DNA of 64,000 nucleotides from an uncultured delta proteobacterium (GCA_963716725.1 CAVQUB010000017.1:1-64000), one strand, 5' to 3'; positions 1 through 10,011 are shown, numbered from the stretch's first letter. The notes: generated by a model from the sequence alone, not told the origin. Made by a program: numbers and translations.

Positions 1-92
1 CTGGCTGCCGACACCTGAGCAACAGCGCAACGGCGCCGGTGCGCCAGCGCTCACCCGGTACATCTTCTCTCTCTTTTAATAGGAGTAGCGGC

Positions 93-461
93 ATGCCCAA
101 GGCCCTCGACATTGAAGCGCTACGGTACCCTGGCGGTCCAAGCCGGCAAGGGCGTACGTCGCAACCGCGGCGGCGCGTACACGCGCAGCGATTCATCCGG
201 GGTCCTCTCTCTCTGGACTGGGTGGGTCGAGCAGCCGGGCTGCCCGGGCAGGCCCTCCACGTTGCTATTTGGCTTCTCTATCTGAGTGGATTGCATGGGT
301 CCCAGAGCGTGAAGCTCGCGGGGGCGGGGGCGTTCGGAGTTACACGTTGGGCGGCGCAACGTGGGTTGAAGCAACTGGAACACTCCGGCCTGGTTGAAGT
401 GGAGCGGCACCCCGGGCGGAAGTCGCGGGTTACGCTGCTGGGGGCGGAGGTGTCCAGGTGA
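93..461 (+). CDS. Winged-HTH DNA-binding protein of the mobile element
   Basis: AGGAG at 81-85 precedes ATG 93; C-terminal FGVTRWAAQRGLKQLEHSGLVEVER is wHTH-like. Confidence 0.6.
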   Translation: MPKALDIEALRYPGGPSRQGRTSQPRRRVHAQRFIRGPLSLDWVGRAAGLPGQALHVAIWLLYLSGLHGSQSVKLAGAGAFGVTRWAAQRGLKQLEHSGLVEVERHPGRKSRVTLLGAEVSR

Positions 462-718
462 ACACCAAGACGCCGCCCAGCGGCGCGCCACGCGTACTGT
501 TGACGGAAGAACCCGGTCGGCTTCCCGCCATCCTTACCGTCGACGAGCTCGCGGCGCTTCTCCGCGTCAACCGCAAGACCGCCTACGCCGCGGTCAAAGC
601 AGGAGAAATCCCCGGAGTCCGCCACGTTGGCGGCGTCATCCGCGCCCACCGCGACACGGTGCTAGCCTGGCTTGCTGAAGGCCAAGCCCGCGTCCCGCGC
701 CCACGGAGAAAATCGTGA
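458..718 (+). CDS. Excisionase-like HTH_17 protein
   Basis: ILTVDELAALLRVNRKTAYAAVKAGEIPGVRHVGGVIR is the typical Xis/HTH_17 pattern; coupled to the integrase. Confidence 0.85.
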   Translation: MNTKTPPSGAPRVLLTEEPGRLPAILTVDELAALLRVNRKTAYAAVKAGEIPGVRHVGGVIRAHRDTVLAWLAEGQARVPRPRRKS

Positions 719-1857
719 GCGTGAGACACCAAAAGCGCCGTGACCCGGCAACGGGCACGGAGAGGCAGTTCTGGATCGTGGACATCAACTTTGAACACCC
801 CGATGGCCGGCAGGAGCGAGTCCGAAAGGTCTCGCCCGTGCAGAGCAAGCGAGGCGCGGAGCAGTACGAACGACAGCTCCGCCAATCGTTGCTCGACGGT
901 TCGTACGGGAGGGAGGAGGCTGAGGCAGCGCCGACGCTGAGAGACTTCGAGGCCAAGTTCATCACCGACTACTGCGAAGCGAACAAGCAGAAGCCGAGCG
1001 GGATCGACAGCAAGCAGGCGGTGCTGAGGAACCACATCATCCCGTTGTTCGGGGACCGACGACTGGACAGCTTCACTGCGGCGGACGAGGACCGACTGAA
1101 AGTCCATTTCAAGAGGAACTCGGCGTCGACCTACAACAACTCGGCGTCGGTGTTGAACGTGGTGCTCAGGGCCGCACACCGTTGGGGCAAGATCCGCCAC
1201 GTGTCGCACCGCTTCCAGCTCCTGAAACGAGATGAGAGCCGGCCGAAGTTCTACGACTTCGACCAACTAGAATGGCTCGTGGAGGCCGCTGGCAAGTGCG
1301 ACGCCCGTATCGGTCTGGTGGTGTTGTTGGGCTGCGAGGCAGGGCTACGCCGGGGCGAGATCATCGCGTTGGAGGCCACCGACCTGGACCTGCGGCGAGG
1401 GTTGATCACGGTCGAACGATCGGAGTGGAAGGGCGAGGTCACGGCGACCAAGGGCATGAGGTACCGCGTGGTCCCGATGACCAAGCGGCTGCAGCACGCC
1501 CTGGCCGCCTGCCGGCACCTTCGCGGCCCGCGCGTGCTCTACACGGATGCGGGCGAGACGGTGACGGCCAAGGTGCTGCAGAAGTGGATGGCCCGTGCCC
1601 AGAAGCGGGCAGGGCTCCGGGCAACCGGCGCGCTCCACATCATGAGGCACACATTCTGCTCCCACCTCGCCATGCGGGGCGCTCCGGTGCAGTCAATCCA
1701 GCAGCTCGCCGGCCACGACGACATCAAGACCACGCTCCGCTACATGCACTTGGCCAAGGGCGAGACCGAGCGCGCCATCCGGCTCTTGGATGACCGCTCC
1801 TCCGCGCACGCCAACGGCAACATGGCGGCAACGGAGGGAGGCGTTGTTGTGAAGTAG
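715..1857 (+). CDS. int: Tyrosine recombinase / phage integrase
   Basis: Catalytic motifs GLRRGE, LHIMRHTF, LAGH and TLRY are intact; N-terminal arm-binding-like region. Confidence 0.95.
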   Translation: MSVRHQKRRDPATGTERQFWIVDINFEHPDGRQERVRKVSPVQSKRGAEQYERQLRQSLLDGSYGREEAEAAPTLRDFEAKFITDYCEANKQKPSGIDSKQAVLRNHIIPLFGDRRLDSFTAADEDRLKVHFKRNSASTYNNSASVLNVVLRAAHRWGKIRHVSHRFQLLKRDESRPKFYDFDQLEWLVEAAGKCDARIGLVVLLGCEAGLRRGEIIALEATDLDLRRGLITVERSEWKGEVTATKGMRYRVVPMTKRLQHALAACRHLRGPRVLYTDAGETVTAKVLQKWMARAQKRAGLRATGALHIMRHTFCSHLAMRGAPVQSIQQLAGHDDIKTTLRYMHLAKGETERAIRLLDDRSSAHANGNMAATEGGVVVK

Positions 1858-1875
1858 CAGGATTTCTGCTGCTTC
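1851..1875. terminator. Hairpin between the convergent int and ssrA
   Basis: GAAGTAGCAG-GATTT-CTGCTGCTTC, a 10-bp stem with one G-T/mismatch. Confidence 0.5.
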
Positions 1876-1876
1876 G

Positions 1877-2224
<348 letters not shown>

Positions 2225-2245
2225 GAGGGGGTGTGGGTTGGCCGC

Positions 2246-2273
2246 AAACTAGCCTCGCTGCGGAAAAGGTCAA
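2246..2273 (-). promoter_or_regulatory. Sigma70-type promoter for ssrA
   Basis: TTGACC-N16-TAGTTT on the minus strand, about 20 nt upstream of the mature 5' end. Confidence 0.55.
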
Positions 2274-2319
2274 GGTCTACGGCTTCACGGCGGCGCCCGG
2301 CTCCGATAACTCTTGGATC

Positions 2320-2730
2320 ATGCGACGCTGTCTCTTCATTGCGATCGGCTTCTTGGCAGCTTGCGGCGGGGGCTCTCCTCCGCTGGTCGTCTCGCCCGGC
2401 GAGCCCCGTGAGCCTTCTCCTGGGCTCGGAGCCGCCGGCGACCCGAAGCTCGTCGAGGGCGGCGGTCCGGAGCTCGGCGACGACGGCGACCCCGACACCG
2501 ACAGCGTCGGCGACCCCAACGGAGCCGGCGACCGCGACGGTGACGGCGTCGCCGACTCGAACGACCGGTGCCCGGACGAGCCCGAGGACAAGGACGGATT
2601 CGAGGACGAGGACGGGTGTCCCGACCCCGACAACGACCGCGACGGCATACGTGACGTGGACGACAAGTGCCCGAACGATCCGGAGGACATGGACGGGGTT
2701 CAAGACCAGGATGGTTGCCCGGACAAGTGA
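2320..2730 (+). CDS. Lipoprotein with thrombospondin type-3 (Ca-binding) repeats
   Basis: MRRCLFIAIGFLAAC lipobox; DRDGDGVADSNDRCP and DGFEDEDGCPDPDNDRDGIRD repeats. Confidence 0.8.
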   Translation: MRRCLFIAIGFLAACGGGSPPLVVSPGEPREPSPGLGAAGDPKLVEGGGPELGDDGDPDTDSVGDPNGAGDRDGDGVADSNDRCPDEPEDKDGFEDEDGCPDPDNDRDGIRDVDDKCPNDPEDMDGVQDQDGCPDK

Positions 2731-2734
2731 TGGC

Positions 2735-3733
2735 ATGTCGAAGCGTGCCGGTCCCATATCCACGGTAGCAAAGCTGGCCTTCGCTGCGCCCTTCTTGGCG
2801 GTGGGGCTCGTGGGCTTCGGCGCCGGCCTCCGCGACGTGATTGGGGGAAACTTCGGCTCGTGGCTCGCGTTTCCCTTTGGCGTGATGTTCTTCGGCGCGG
2901 GCGCGCTGATCGTGCGAAGCGCACTGCGTGAAGGGCGCTCGCGGGAAGCCGTCGCGGCCGAGCAGACGAAGCAAGCGGATGCCGGTGAGTCCGAGCTGGT
3001 GCCGCTCTCGATGGTGCGGCCCGTCAAGAACTATCGCAGCGCCGCGGGGACCGCGCGCAGCGCCTTGGACGTGTATGGGCCGGCGCTCGCGTCGTTGCCG
3101 GTGCAGAAGTTCGAGGCGCGGGCGGGGCAAGTCCTGAACCATGCTGTCTCGCTACACTCCCCGCAGAGCAGCTTCGCAGAGATCTTCTTCGCGCTCGTCT
3201 GGAACGGCTTCGTCTGGCCCTTTCTGTTCGTGATGGTCGAGGCAGGCAGCGTGCTGGGCTCCCTCTTCTTGCTCGTGTTCTGCGCCGTCGGCGCCTACCT
3301 CCTGGTCACGACCGCGCGAAAGATCCTCGGGCGGCGGCGCTTGCCCCGCGTCGAGGTGTCGGCGGAGCCAGCGTACCTCGGCGACGAGCTTCGCATTCAC
3401 GTCGACCAGATGGGGCCGGCGAGCATCACGCACTACGCGGTGCGCGTGCGCTGCGAAGAGATCGTGAACTACACGGTCGGAACGAACACGCGCACCGAAC
3501 GACACGAAGTGGTCGACTTCCCGCTCTACGACCGGCCCGGGGGTCCACGACTCGCGCTGGGCGAGCGCTGGACCCACGACCTGTCGCTGGTCTTGCCCGC
3601 CGAGGCCCCGGCCTCCTTCGAATCTGCCAACAATCAGCTGCTCTGGAGCGTGCGGATCCGCGCTGAGATCGCCGGCTGGCCCGACTACGACGAGGCGTTT
3701 GCGTTCCGCGCGCTGCCGAGGCCCGTTTCATGA
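2735..3733 (+). CDS. Membrane protein (4 TM) with a C-terminal arrestin/SpoOM-like beta-sandwich
   Basis: Two hydrophobic hairpins; C-terminal LVLPAEAPASFESANNQLLWSVRIRAEIAGWPD resembles arrestin_N. Confidence 0.65.
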   Translation: MSKRAGPISTVAKLAFAAPFLAVGLVGFGAGLRDVIGGNFGSWLAFPFGVMFFGAGALIVRSALREGRSREAVAAEQTKQADAGESELVPLSMVRPVKNYRSAAGTARSALDVYGPALASLPVQKFEARAGQVLNHAVSLHSPQSSFAEIFFALVWNGFVWPFLFVMVEAGSVLGSLFLLVFCAVGAYLLVTTARKILGRRRLPRVEVSAEPAYLGDELRIHVDQMGPASITHYAVRVRCEEIVNYTVGTNTRTERHEVVDFPLYDRPGGPRLALGERWTHDLSLVLPAEAPASFESANNQLLWSVRIRAEIAGWPDYDEAFAFRALPRPVS

Positions 3734-4092
3734 GCATCGAGATCGAGCTCGAGGGCGGTCGCGTCGAGTACGAACCGGGCGGCCTGCTCGAGGGCCGAGT
3801 CACGCTCACGCCAGCGCCGGGGGAAGAGGGCCGCAAGGTCGAGCTCTCGGTGCTCTGGCAAACCGAGGGCAAAGGGAACACCGACCTCGGCGTGCTGCTG
3901 CATCGGGTGATCGCCGAAGACGGGATAGGTGCGAGGGAGGCCCACGCGTTCGAGGCGCGGCTGCCGCTGTTGCCGCTGAGCTACACCGGAACACTGATCA
4001 AGATCCGCTGGCTGGTGCGGGTGCGCCGCTACGCGCTCTTGGCTGACGACGAGATCGAAGAGCGAGAGATCGTGGTCCGGTGGCCGCTGTGA
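3730..4092 (+). CDS. Small arrestin_N/SpoOM-like protein
   Basis: YEPGGLLEGRV and FEARLPLLPLSYTGTLIKIRWLVRV; ATGA overlap with the upstream gene. Confidence 0.65.
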   Translation: MSIEIELEGGRVEYEPGGLLEGRVTLTPAPGEEGRKVELSVLWQTEGKGNTDLGVLLHRVIAEDGIGAREAHAFEARLPLLPLSYTGTLIKIRWLVRVRRYALLADDEIEEREIVVRWPL

Positions 4093-4691
4093 ACTTCGGC
4101 GGCGCGGCCGAGAACCCCTTCTGCGCTTCGCGCTTTGCCCCCGGAGTTCTGCCGTGGTTCGGGGACGAGCTGGAGGGCTTCGTGGAGCGAGCGATGGTGC
4201 CGCGTGTGCGACTCCAGATCCTCGGGCCTCAGGGCAGCGGCAAGAGCACCCTGATGGTTCAGCTCGAGCGCCGCGCCAGGCGAGCTGGGTGGAGCGTAGT
4301 TCGCGTGCGTGGCTCGGGCACCATCGACTGGGGCGCCAACGCGCGGCTCTGGCTGGTGGACGAATACGAAGAGCTCTCGTGGTGGCAGCGAGTGCGTCTG
4401 CGATGGCTCTGCGCGCGGCAGCGCGTCTCGCTGGTCGTGACCGCGCACCGCGACGTGGGAATGACGACGCTGTGCGAACGCACGGTCAGCCCGGAAATCG
4501 CGCGGCGTGTGGTTGCGGAGTTGGTCGCGGAGCGCGGCCAGCTTCCGGTGCCGGGGCCCGTCGAGGTCGCTGCGGCGCTCGGGCGACACGCCGGCAATCT
4601 GCGCGAGGTCCTCTTCGAGCTGTACGACCAAGTCGAGCGGAATGCGGCGAACAGCGGTCGAGTCGGCCCGGCCGTTGATGCTGCCGGGTAG
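4089..4691 (+). CDS. Small P-loop (AAA+/Hda-like) ATPase
   Basis: Walker A GPQGSGKST, Walker B WLVDE, sensor-2-like GNLRE; GTGA overlap. Confidence 0.75.
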   Translation: MNFGGAAENPFCASRFAPGVLPWFGDELEGFVERAMVPRVRLQILGPQGSGKSTLMVQLERRARRAGWSVVRVRGSGTIDWGANARLWLVDEYEELSWWQRVRLRWLCARQRVSLVVTAHRDVGMTTLCERTVSPEIARRVVAELVAERGQLPVPGPVEVAAALGRHAGNLREVLFELYDQVERNAANSGRVGPAVDAAG

Positions 4692-4710
4692 CCGTGGCAT
4701 CAAGGTCCCG

Positions 4711-5289
4711 ATGAGCCTCCTGACAGTGGACCTGAGTCAGTTCGGCGCGGAACGCGTGCGTGCGGCCGTTCAAGCGGCGGTCGAGCACGCCTCGGCGGGA
4801 TCGTTGCCCACGCAAGCCGTGCTCCAACAGGGCGCCGAAGCGACGCTGAAGAGCGAGGACGCGGCGACGAGCACCTACTTCGTCTCGATTCTAGAGCTCG
4901 CGTATCTGGTGGCGTCGGCCGACGGACTCGCGGATGCCGAGCGGCACACGCTGGCCGAACTGCTCGAGCGCCTGACCGGCAAGGCGGTGAAGCACGAAGC
5001 GATGGAGCTCCATTTCAAAGACCTCGATGATGCCGTCGAGATGTTGGGGCGGCGGGAGCGATTGCGGCGGGCCGCTGAGGACTTCGGCGACCCCACTCGC
5101 CAGCACGAGGCGCTCGGCTTCGCGGCGGTGGTCGCCCTGGCCGACGGCGTGCTCGCCGAGCCCGAGAACGCGGCGCTCACCGAGCTCGGGGGACACTTTG
5201 GCCTGTCGGATGCAGAGACGGAGAACGTGGTCGGAGGCATCGTCAAGCGCGTACGTGCAGAACTCGACCGTTCGGGAGCGGCGTCATGA
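4711..5289 (+). CDS. TerB-like (tellurite-resistance B fold) protein
   Basis: Duplicated motif [12 protein letters not shown] / [12 protein letters not shown]. Confidence 0.75.
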   Translation: MSLLTVDLSQFGAERVRAAVQAAVEHASAGSLPTQAVLQQGAEATLKSEDAATSTYFVSILELAYLVASADGLADAERHTLAELLERLTGKAVKHEAMELHFKDLDDAVEMLGRRERLRRAAEDFGDPTRQHEALGFAAVVALADGVLAEPENAALTELGGHFGLSDAETENVVGGIVKRVRAELDRSGAAS

Positions 5290-5879
5290 GCTTCATCAAC
5301 CACATGACCAAGGAGATCAACTGCAAGGTCGTGTATTACGGCCCGGGTCTCTGCGGAAAGACCGCGAACCTGCAGTACGTGTTCGAGAAGACCAACCCTG
5401 CCAACAAAGGCAAGATGATCTCCCTCGCGACCGAGTCCGAGCGCACGCTCTTCTTCGACTTCATGCCCATCGATCTGGGCATGGTCCGCGGGTTCAAGGT
5501 GCGCTTTCACCTGTACACGGTGCCGGGGCAGGTGTTCTACGACGCGAGCCGAAAGCTGATCTTGAAGGGCTCGGACGGCGTGATTTTCGTCGCCGATTCC
5601 CAGGCTGAGCGCCTCGAGGCCAACCAAGAGAGCCTCGACAACTTGCACCACAACCTGGCCGAGTACGGCCTGCGCACCGACGCGGTTCCCTACATCGTGC
5701 AGTACAACAAGCGCGACCTGCCCAACGCCATGGAGGTCGAGGAGCTGCGGCCGCTCCTGAATCCGACCGGCGTCCCGGAATTCGAGGCTTGCGCGCGCAC
5801 GGGAATGGGCGTGTTCGAGACGCTGAAGGGCGTCTCGCGCGGCATTCTCGGCAAGCTCGCGGGTCAGACCGGCGCCTGA
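5286..5879 (+). CDS. mglA: MglA-family Ras-like small GTPase with no adjacent mglB
   Basis: [40 protein letters not shown]; closely resembles M. xanthus MglA, probably a paralogue. Confidence 0.9.
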   Translation: MSFINHMTKEINCKVVYYGPGLCGKTANLQYVFEKTNPANKGKMISLATESERTLFFDFMPIDLGMVRGFKVRFHLYTVPGQVFYDASRKLILKGSDGVIFVADSQAERLEANQESLDNLHHNLAEYGLRTDAVPYIVQYNKRDLPNAMEVEELRPLLNPTGVPEFEACARTGMGVFETLKGVSRGILGKLAGQTGA

Positions 5880-5991
5880 GCTGCACGACTCGGTGGTCTC
5901 GCCGGCCCGTACCGCGCGGCAGCTGCGCCGCCGTGCCGCGTGCTAGCTGACCCGTCCGGGGGCGCTGTGATAGACTGCGCGCCGAGGCGAC

Positions 5992-6567
5992 ATGAAGCGA
6001 CACAAAGCGGTCCTGGCGATCTTGGGTGTGACTCTGAGCGCGTGGATTTCGCCCGCGTGCGGCGGCGAAAGCGAAGAGGACAAGAAGTCATCAGGTGGCA
6101 GTGGTGGCAGCGGCGGCACCGGTGGCAGCAGCGGCGGAGACGCGAGCAGCGACGTCGTGGTCGAAGCTCAGGCAGACGGCGCGCCCGATTCGGCGAAGTG
6201 CGTCGCCTCCGAGTGTCCTGGATTCAGCAGCTTCGTCAGCGGCTGCTGCTTGCCCTCGGGCGAGTGCGGCTACGACGGTAGCGCGCTCGGCTATGACTGC
6301 GTGTCGCAGGACGAGATCGGCAAGCTGCTCGAAGGCGGCTTTGATGTCCAAGTCCCGCCAGACGCGACGGATCCGACCTGCCCCGAGTACACCGTGGGCG
6401 GCTACACGCTCAAAGGCTGCTGCCCATCGAGTGGGTTCTGCGGCGTATACGCGCCGATCCTCAACAACTGCTACGACTGGGCCGAGATGCCGAAGCAGGT
6501 GCCGAAGCCCGACAACATCGTGCCGACGGCCTGCGGCGGTGGGCCCAAGGACGCTTCGGCGGACTGA
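5992..6567 (+). CDS. Cys-rich lipoprotein
   Basis: Lipobox SPAC, Gly/Ser linker, duplicated GCC.PSG.CG motif. Confidence 0.75.
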   Translation: MKRHKAVLAILGVTLSAWISPACGGESEEDKKSSGGSGGSGGTGGSSGGDASSDVVVEAQADGAPDSAKCVASECPGFSSFVSGCCLPSGECGYDGSALGYDCVSQDEIGKLLEGGFDVQVPPDATDPTCPEYTVGGYTLKGCCPSSGFCGVYAPILNNCYDWAEMPKQVPKPDNIVPTACGGGPKDASAD

Positions 6568-6589
6568 GCCCCGCGGCCGCTTTGGAAGC

Positions 6590-8929
6590 TCAGCGCGGGA
6601 CCTTGCCGCAGGCGACGCCCTTGTAGAGCGCGGAGTTGTTCTGCTCCCAGCACTCCTTGCTCAGGGACTTTGGATCGACCTTGACGAACACGTCGATGGT
6701 CTTGCTGCCGAGTTCGGCCTGGCAGCTGACCACCAGGCACTCGCCCACCCCGAGCGCGATGGGGATGGGCGCGGTGCACAGCTCTTTGCCAGTCTCGGTG
6801 CCCTCGTGGAACGCGACCTCGGTGCCGCCCACCATGGGCAGAGTGCCGCGGTTGCAGACCTTGGCTTCGATGGTCGCGACGGTGCCGTTGCATTTGACCG
6901 CGCCCACGCCTCCGCCTGCGGTGAGATCCGGCTCGCCGAGCGCCTCGAGACCGCCCTGCACGTTCTGGCGGAAGTTATTGAGCTTGGGATCTTTCCAGTT
7001 GATGGCGACGGCGCTGGTCTTGGGCGACTCGCCGCGATCGCCCACGTGGGTCACGGCGTAGGCGTGCTGGTTCCAGACCGGGCGCGACGCCGCCCAGCGA
7101 TCTTGCTCGTCGCGCAACACCACGATGCCGTGGTTGACCGCGAAGGTCGCCGTGGGGAAGAGCGCATCCGTGGCGGGGCAGCCCAGCGTGCCCGCGTAGT
7201 CGTTCACCGCCGACACGATCTCGGTGCGGTAGTCGCCGTCCACGTCGACGATGACCGGATTTTCGTAGGTGGTTCCGCTGGAGCGAGCGGCGCTGAACAG
7301 GACCTTGCCGGTCGCGCCCTCGTAGATGCGCAAGAAGCACTCGTCGGCGTAGACCGCCTCGGCCGAGCCGTTGGCGTCGAAGTCGAACACGCTCGATCCG
7401 GTGACGTTGGAGCTCTGGTCCTTCGAGGGTTGTTGCCAGAGCACACCGCTGGTCTTGCTCTGACCGCCGCAACCCGCGGCGCTGCCTCCCGCAAGGCAGT
7501 CGAAGTCGAACACCACGTACTGCGAGCCTCCGGCGCTCGCGAACTCGCGGCGGCCGTCGCCGTCGAAGTCGGCGATGGTCGGCGGGCCGCCGGTGCCACC
7601 GCCCGGGATGGCGACCGGGCCGAAGATCACCGTACCTTCTAGGGTCTGCACGCGCACGGTGCCGGCCGAGACCACCACGACCTCGGCGCGATCGGTGTTG
7701 CCGAACGCGGCGAGGGGGAAGGGGCCGAGGTCAGCGACTGCGACCTGACCCGCTGTCTTGCCGGCGGCGTTGAAATACGTCTCCGCCTTCCAGACCTTCG
7801 CGGTGCTGTCCCACTCGTGGATGGAGTCGCCCTGCACGAGCTCCATCTTGCCGTCCTCGTCCACATCGGCGATCACGGGCACGTAGCCCACGCTGTAGGC
7901 CGGGAAGCCCAGGGCGCTCGACACGATGCAGCCCTCGTTGTCGTACACGACCGCGCCGTAGACGATCTCGGGCTTTCCGTCGTCGTTCAGGTCGTGGATG
8001 CTCGGGCCGCTCCATTTCGCTGGACCGGTGGTGTCGGGTGCCGTCGGCGGGCCCTTGCCTCCAGCGCAGGTGCCGGAGCGCCACAGTCGCTTGAACTTCT
8101 TGGTGGTGGTGTCGAGCTTGAACGCGAGCATGCCGCCGCCATGGGCCGGGGCGATGATTTCGGCTCGGCCGTCCCCATCGAGATCGGCGACGGCCACCGA
8201 CGACGGCGCGACCACGGCGTCGCCCGGCTCGTTCAGGCTGTCTTGTTGGGAGCAATCCGAGCCGCTGGCGATGCGCAAGACGCCCGGCTGTCCGTAGCTG
8301 CCGGCGGTGGGGAAGGTCGGGAATACGATGGACGGCGCGAGCGTCTTCGGATCACTGTCGAAGTCGAAGTCGACGACCACCGGAGTGGCCATCACGTGCA
8401 CGTGATTGGGGAAGGCATCGCCCGTGGGTGGTGCCGTCCAGCGGCACTGCACCGAGGGCACGATCTTGTCGATGCTGATGGTGATCTTGCAGGTGTCGTC
8501 CTTGTTCTTCTCTTTCGGGACGCCGTAGGGGATGCACTGCCCGCCCAGGCAGTACGCGTCGAACCAGCAGTCGTCGTTGGTGGCGCAGGGAGCCTGCTCG
8601 ACGGCGCAGTGGGTGCCGAGCGCGCAGAACATGCCAGTGCCGCAACAGGTGTCTCCGCACTGCTTGTCGGTCGGGCAAGCCGGGCCGTCGGTGTTCAGCC
8701 CGCCAGTGCCGCCCGCGCTCGTGCCGCCGCTGCCCGCGCTGCCGCCGCTGCCGCCGACGCCCGAATCACCGGCCGCCGTGCACTTGCCGTTCTTGCACAG
8801 CTGGCCGACCGGGCAACCGCCGCCGCAGTCGCCCGCGACGTCGCCGCCGTCGTCGTCCCCGCCGCATGCGACCACGATGCTGCCCGCCGCCGCAGCAAGT
8901 ACCAAGCCCGAACGAATGCGCTGCCACAT
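6590..8929 (-). CDS. FG-GAP/VCBS-repeat lipoprotein with a CARDB-like C-terminus
   Basis: VVAC lipobox; repeated AD(L/F)DGDG..EI motifs; Cys-rich N-terminus. Confidence 0.85.
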   Translation of the reverse strand: MWQRIRSGLVLAAAAGSIVVACGGDDDGGDVAGDCGGGCPVGQLCKNGKCTAAGDSGVGGSGGSAGSGGTSAGGTGGLNTDGPACPTDKQCGDTCCGTGMFCALGTHCAVEQAPCATNDDCWFDAYCLGGQCIPYGVPKEKNKDDTCKITISIDKIVPSVQCRWTAPPTGDAFPNHVHVMATPVVVDFDFDSDPKTLAPSIVFPTFPTAGSYGQPGVLRIASGSDCSQQDSLNEPGDAVVAPSSVAVADLDGDGRAEIIAPAHGGGMLAFKLDTTTKKFKRLWRSGTCAGGKGPPTAPDTTGPAKWSGPSIHDLNDDGKPEIVYGAVVYDNEGCIVSSALGFPAYSVGYVPVIADVDEDGKMELVQGDSIHEWDSTAKVWKAETYFNAAGKTAGQVAVADLGPFPLAAFGNTDRAEVVVVSAGTVRVQTLEGTVIFGPVAIPGGGTGGPPTIADFDGDGRREFASAGGSQYVVFDFDCLAGGSAAGCGGQSKTSGVLWQQPSKDQSSNVTGSSVFDFDANGSAEAVYADECFLRIYEGATGKVLFSAARSSGTTYENPVIVDVDGDYRTEIVSAVNDYAGTLGCPATDALFPTATFAVNHGIVVLRDEQDRWAASRPVWNQHAYAVTHVGDRGESPKTSAVAINWKDPKLNNFRQNVQGGLEALGEPDLTAGGGVGAVKCNGTVATIEAKVCNRGTLPMVGGTEVAFHEGTETGKELCTAPIPIALGVGECLVVSCQAELGSKTIDVFVKVDPKSLSKECWEQNNSALYKGVACGKVPR

Positions 8930-8973
8930 GCGCCCAGCCTAGCGCAGGTGCGGGGGCGCGTCAGTCGTTGGGG

Positions 8974-10011
8974 TCACTTCCTGCGCAGGTAGAAGAAGTC
9001 ACGCTCGGCGATTTCCGCCACATAGCTCTTCTTGGTGTGGACCAACTTTGGAACGAGGGTGCGCTTCACCTCGAGCTGCCCTTCGGCGTTCTTCGCGTAG
9101 AAGTTGAAGCGGGTGTAGCTCCAGTTGATGTCGAGCTGAGCAGCGGTCTTGGCGCCGGCGACTCGCATCGCCAGCTCGAGATATCTGGGCTCGACCCACT
9201 CGCCGAGTCCGAACAAAAGCACCCGGCCGCTGGCGTCGATGCCCAGGGCCGTGCGGCGGATCTCGGGTTTGCCTTCGATGGAGAGCCCCCACTTCTTGTG
9301 GTCGTGTCTCACCGACTGGTGGGGCTGCCCGTCGTGCAGCAGGCATGGGGGTGTCTGCCGCCAGGCGGCCAGCTCGGCCTTCGCCGCCGCGATCTCTTCC
9401 CAGGGCGCCACGCGGACGGCGCCGGTCTTGGTGATGCCCACGGTGCAGGCGCCTTCTCGCGGAGGAACGAACTCGGCTCCGTCGAGCATGGCGCCATAGC
9501 GGCCGTGCTTCGCCATGAAGCCCCCGTTGAACGCCGCCAGCAGTCGGTCGTGATCGCGAGCAGGTACCATGCCCTTGCGCTTCTCCGGCGAAGCGGTCTT
9601 GCTCTCGGGCTCCTTGGCTCCCGCGACCCACAGCAACTCGCTCCGCGTGAGGTCGAAGGCGATCACGACCACCTCGACGTCTTTGCGGATCGGGTGCGGG
9701 TGCAGCGTGGTCAGCAGTGCCAGGGGCTGGCCTTCGGTCTCGCCGACCTCGGGCACGGGCTTCCATTCACCGTCGCCGGGTTGGGCCGATCGAGCGTGCG
9801 GCGGTGGCACGTTGGGGAGCGTGAAGGGCGACCGCTGGGGTGGCGCTGGGGTCGAGGGTGCGGGCGCGGGCGTCGTTGCGTTCGGCGGCGCCGTCGGCGC
9901 AGCGACGGGGCTCGCCGCGGGCGGATCGGGCGGGGGTGGGGCGCTGGCCGGCGGTCCCGGTGGGCCGCAGGAGATCAGGACCGTCGCGAGGGCCAGGGGG
10001 AGGACACGCAT
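8974..10011 (-). CDS. Lipoprotein of the phosphodiester glycosidase (NAGPA-like) family
   Basis: LISC lipobox, Pro-rich linker, AAFNGGF, RTALG and AAQLDIN motifs. Confidence 0.65.
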   Translation of the reverse strand: MRVLPLALATVLISCGPPGPPASAPPPPDPPAASPVAAPTAPPNATTPAPAPSTPAPPQRSPFTLPNVPPPHARSAQPGDGEWKPVPEVGETEGQPLALLTTLHPHPIRKDVEVVVIAFDLTRSELLWVAGAKEPESKTASPEKRKGMVPARDHDRLLAAFNGGFMAKHGRYGAMLDGAEFVPPREGACTVGITKTGAVRVAPWEEIAAAKAELAAWRQTPPCLLHDGQPHQSVRHDHKKWGLSIEGKPEIRRTALGIDASGRVLLFGLGEWVEPRYLELAMRVAGAKTAAQLDINWSYTRFNFYAKNAEGQLEVKRTLVPKLVHTKKSYVAEIAERDFFYLRRK

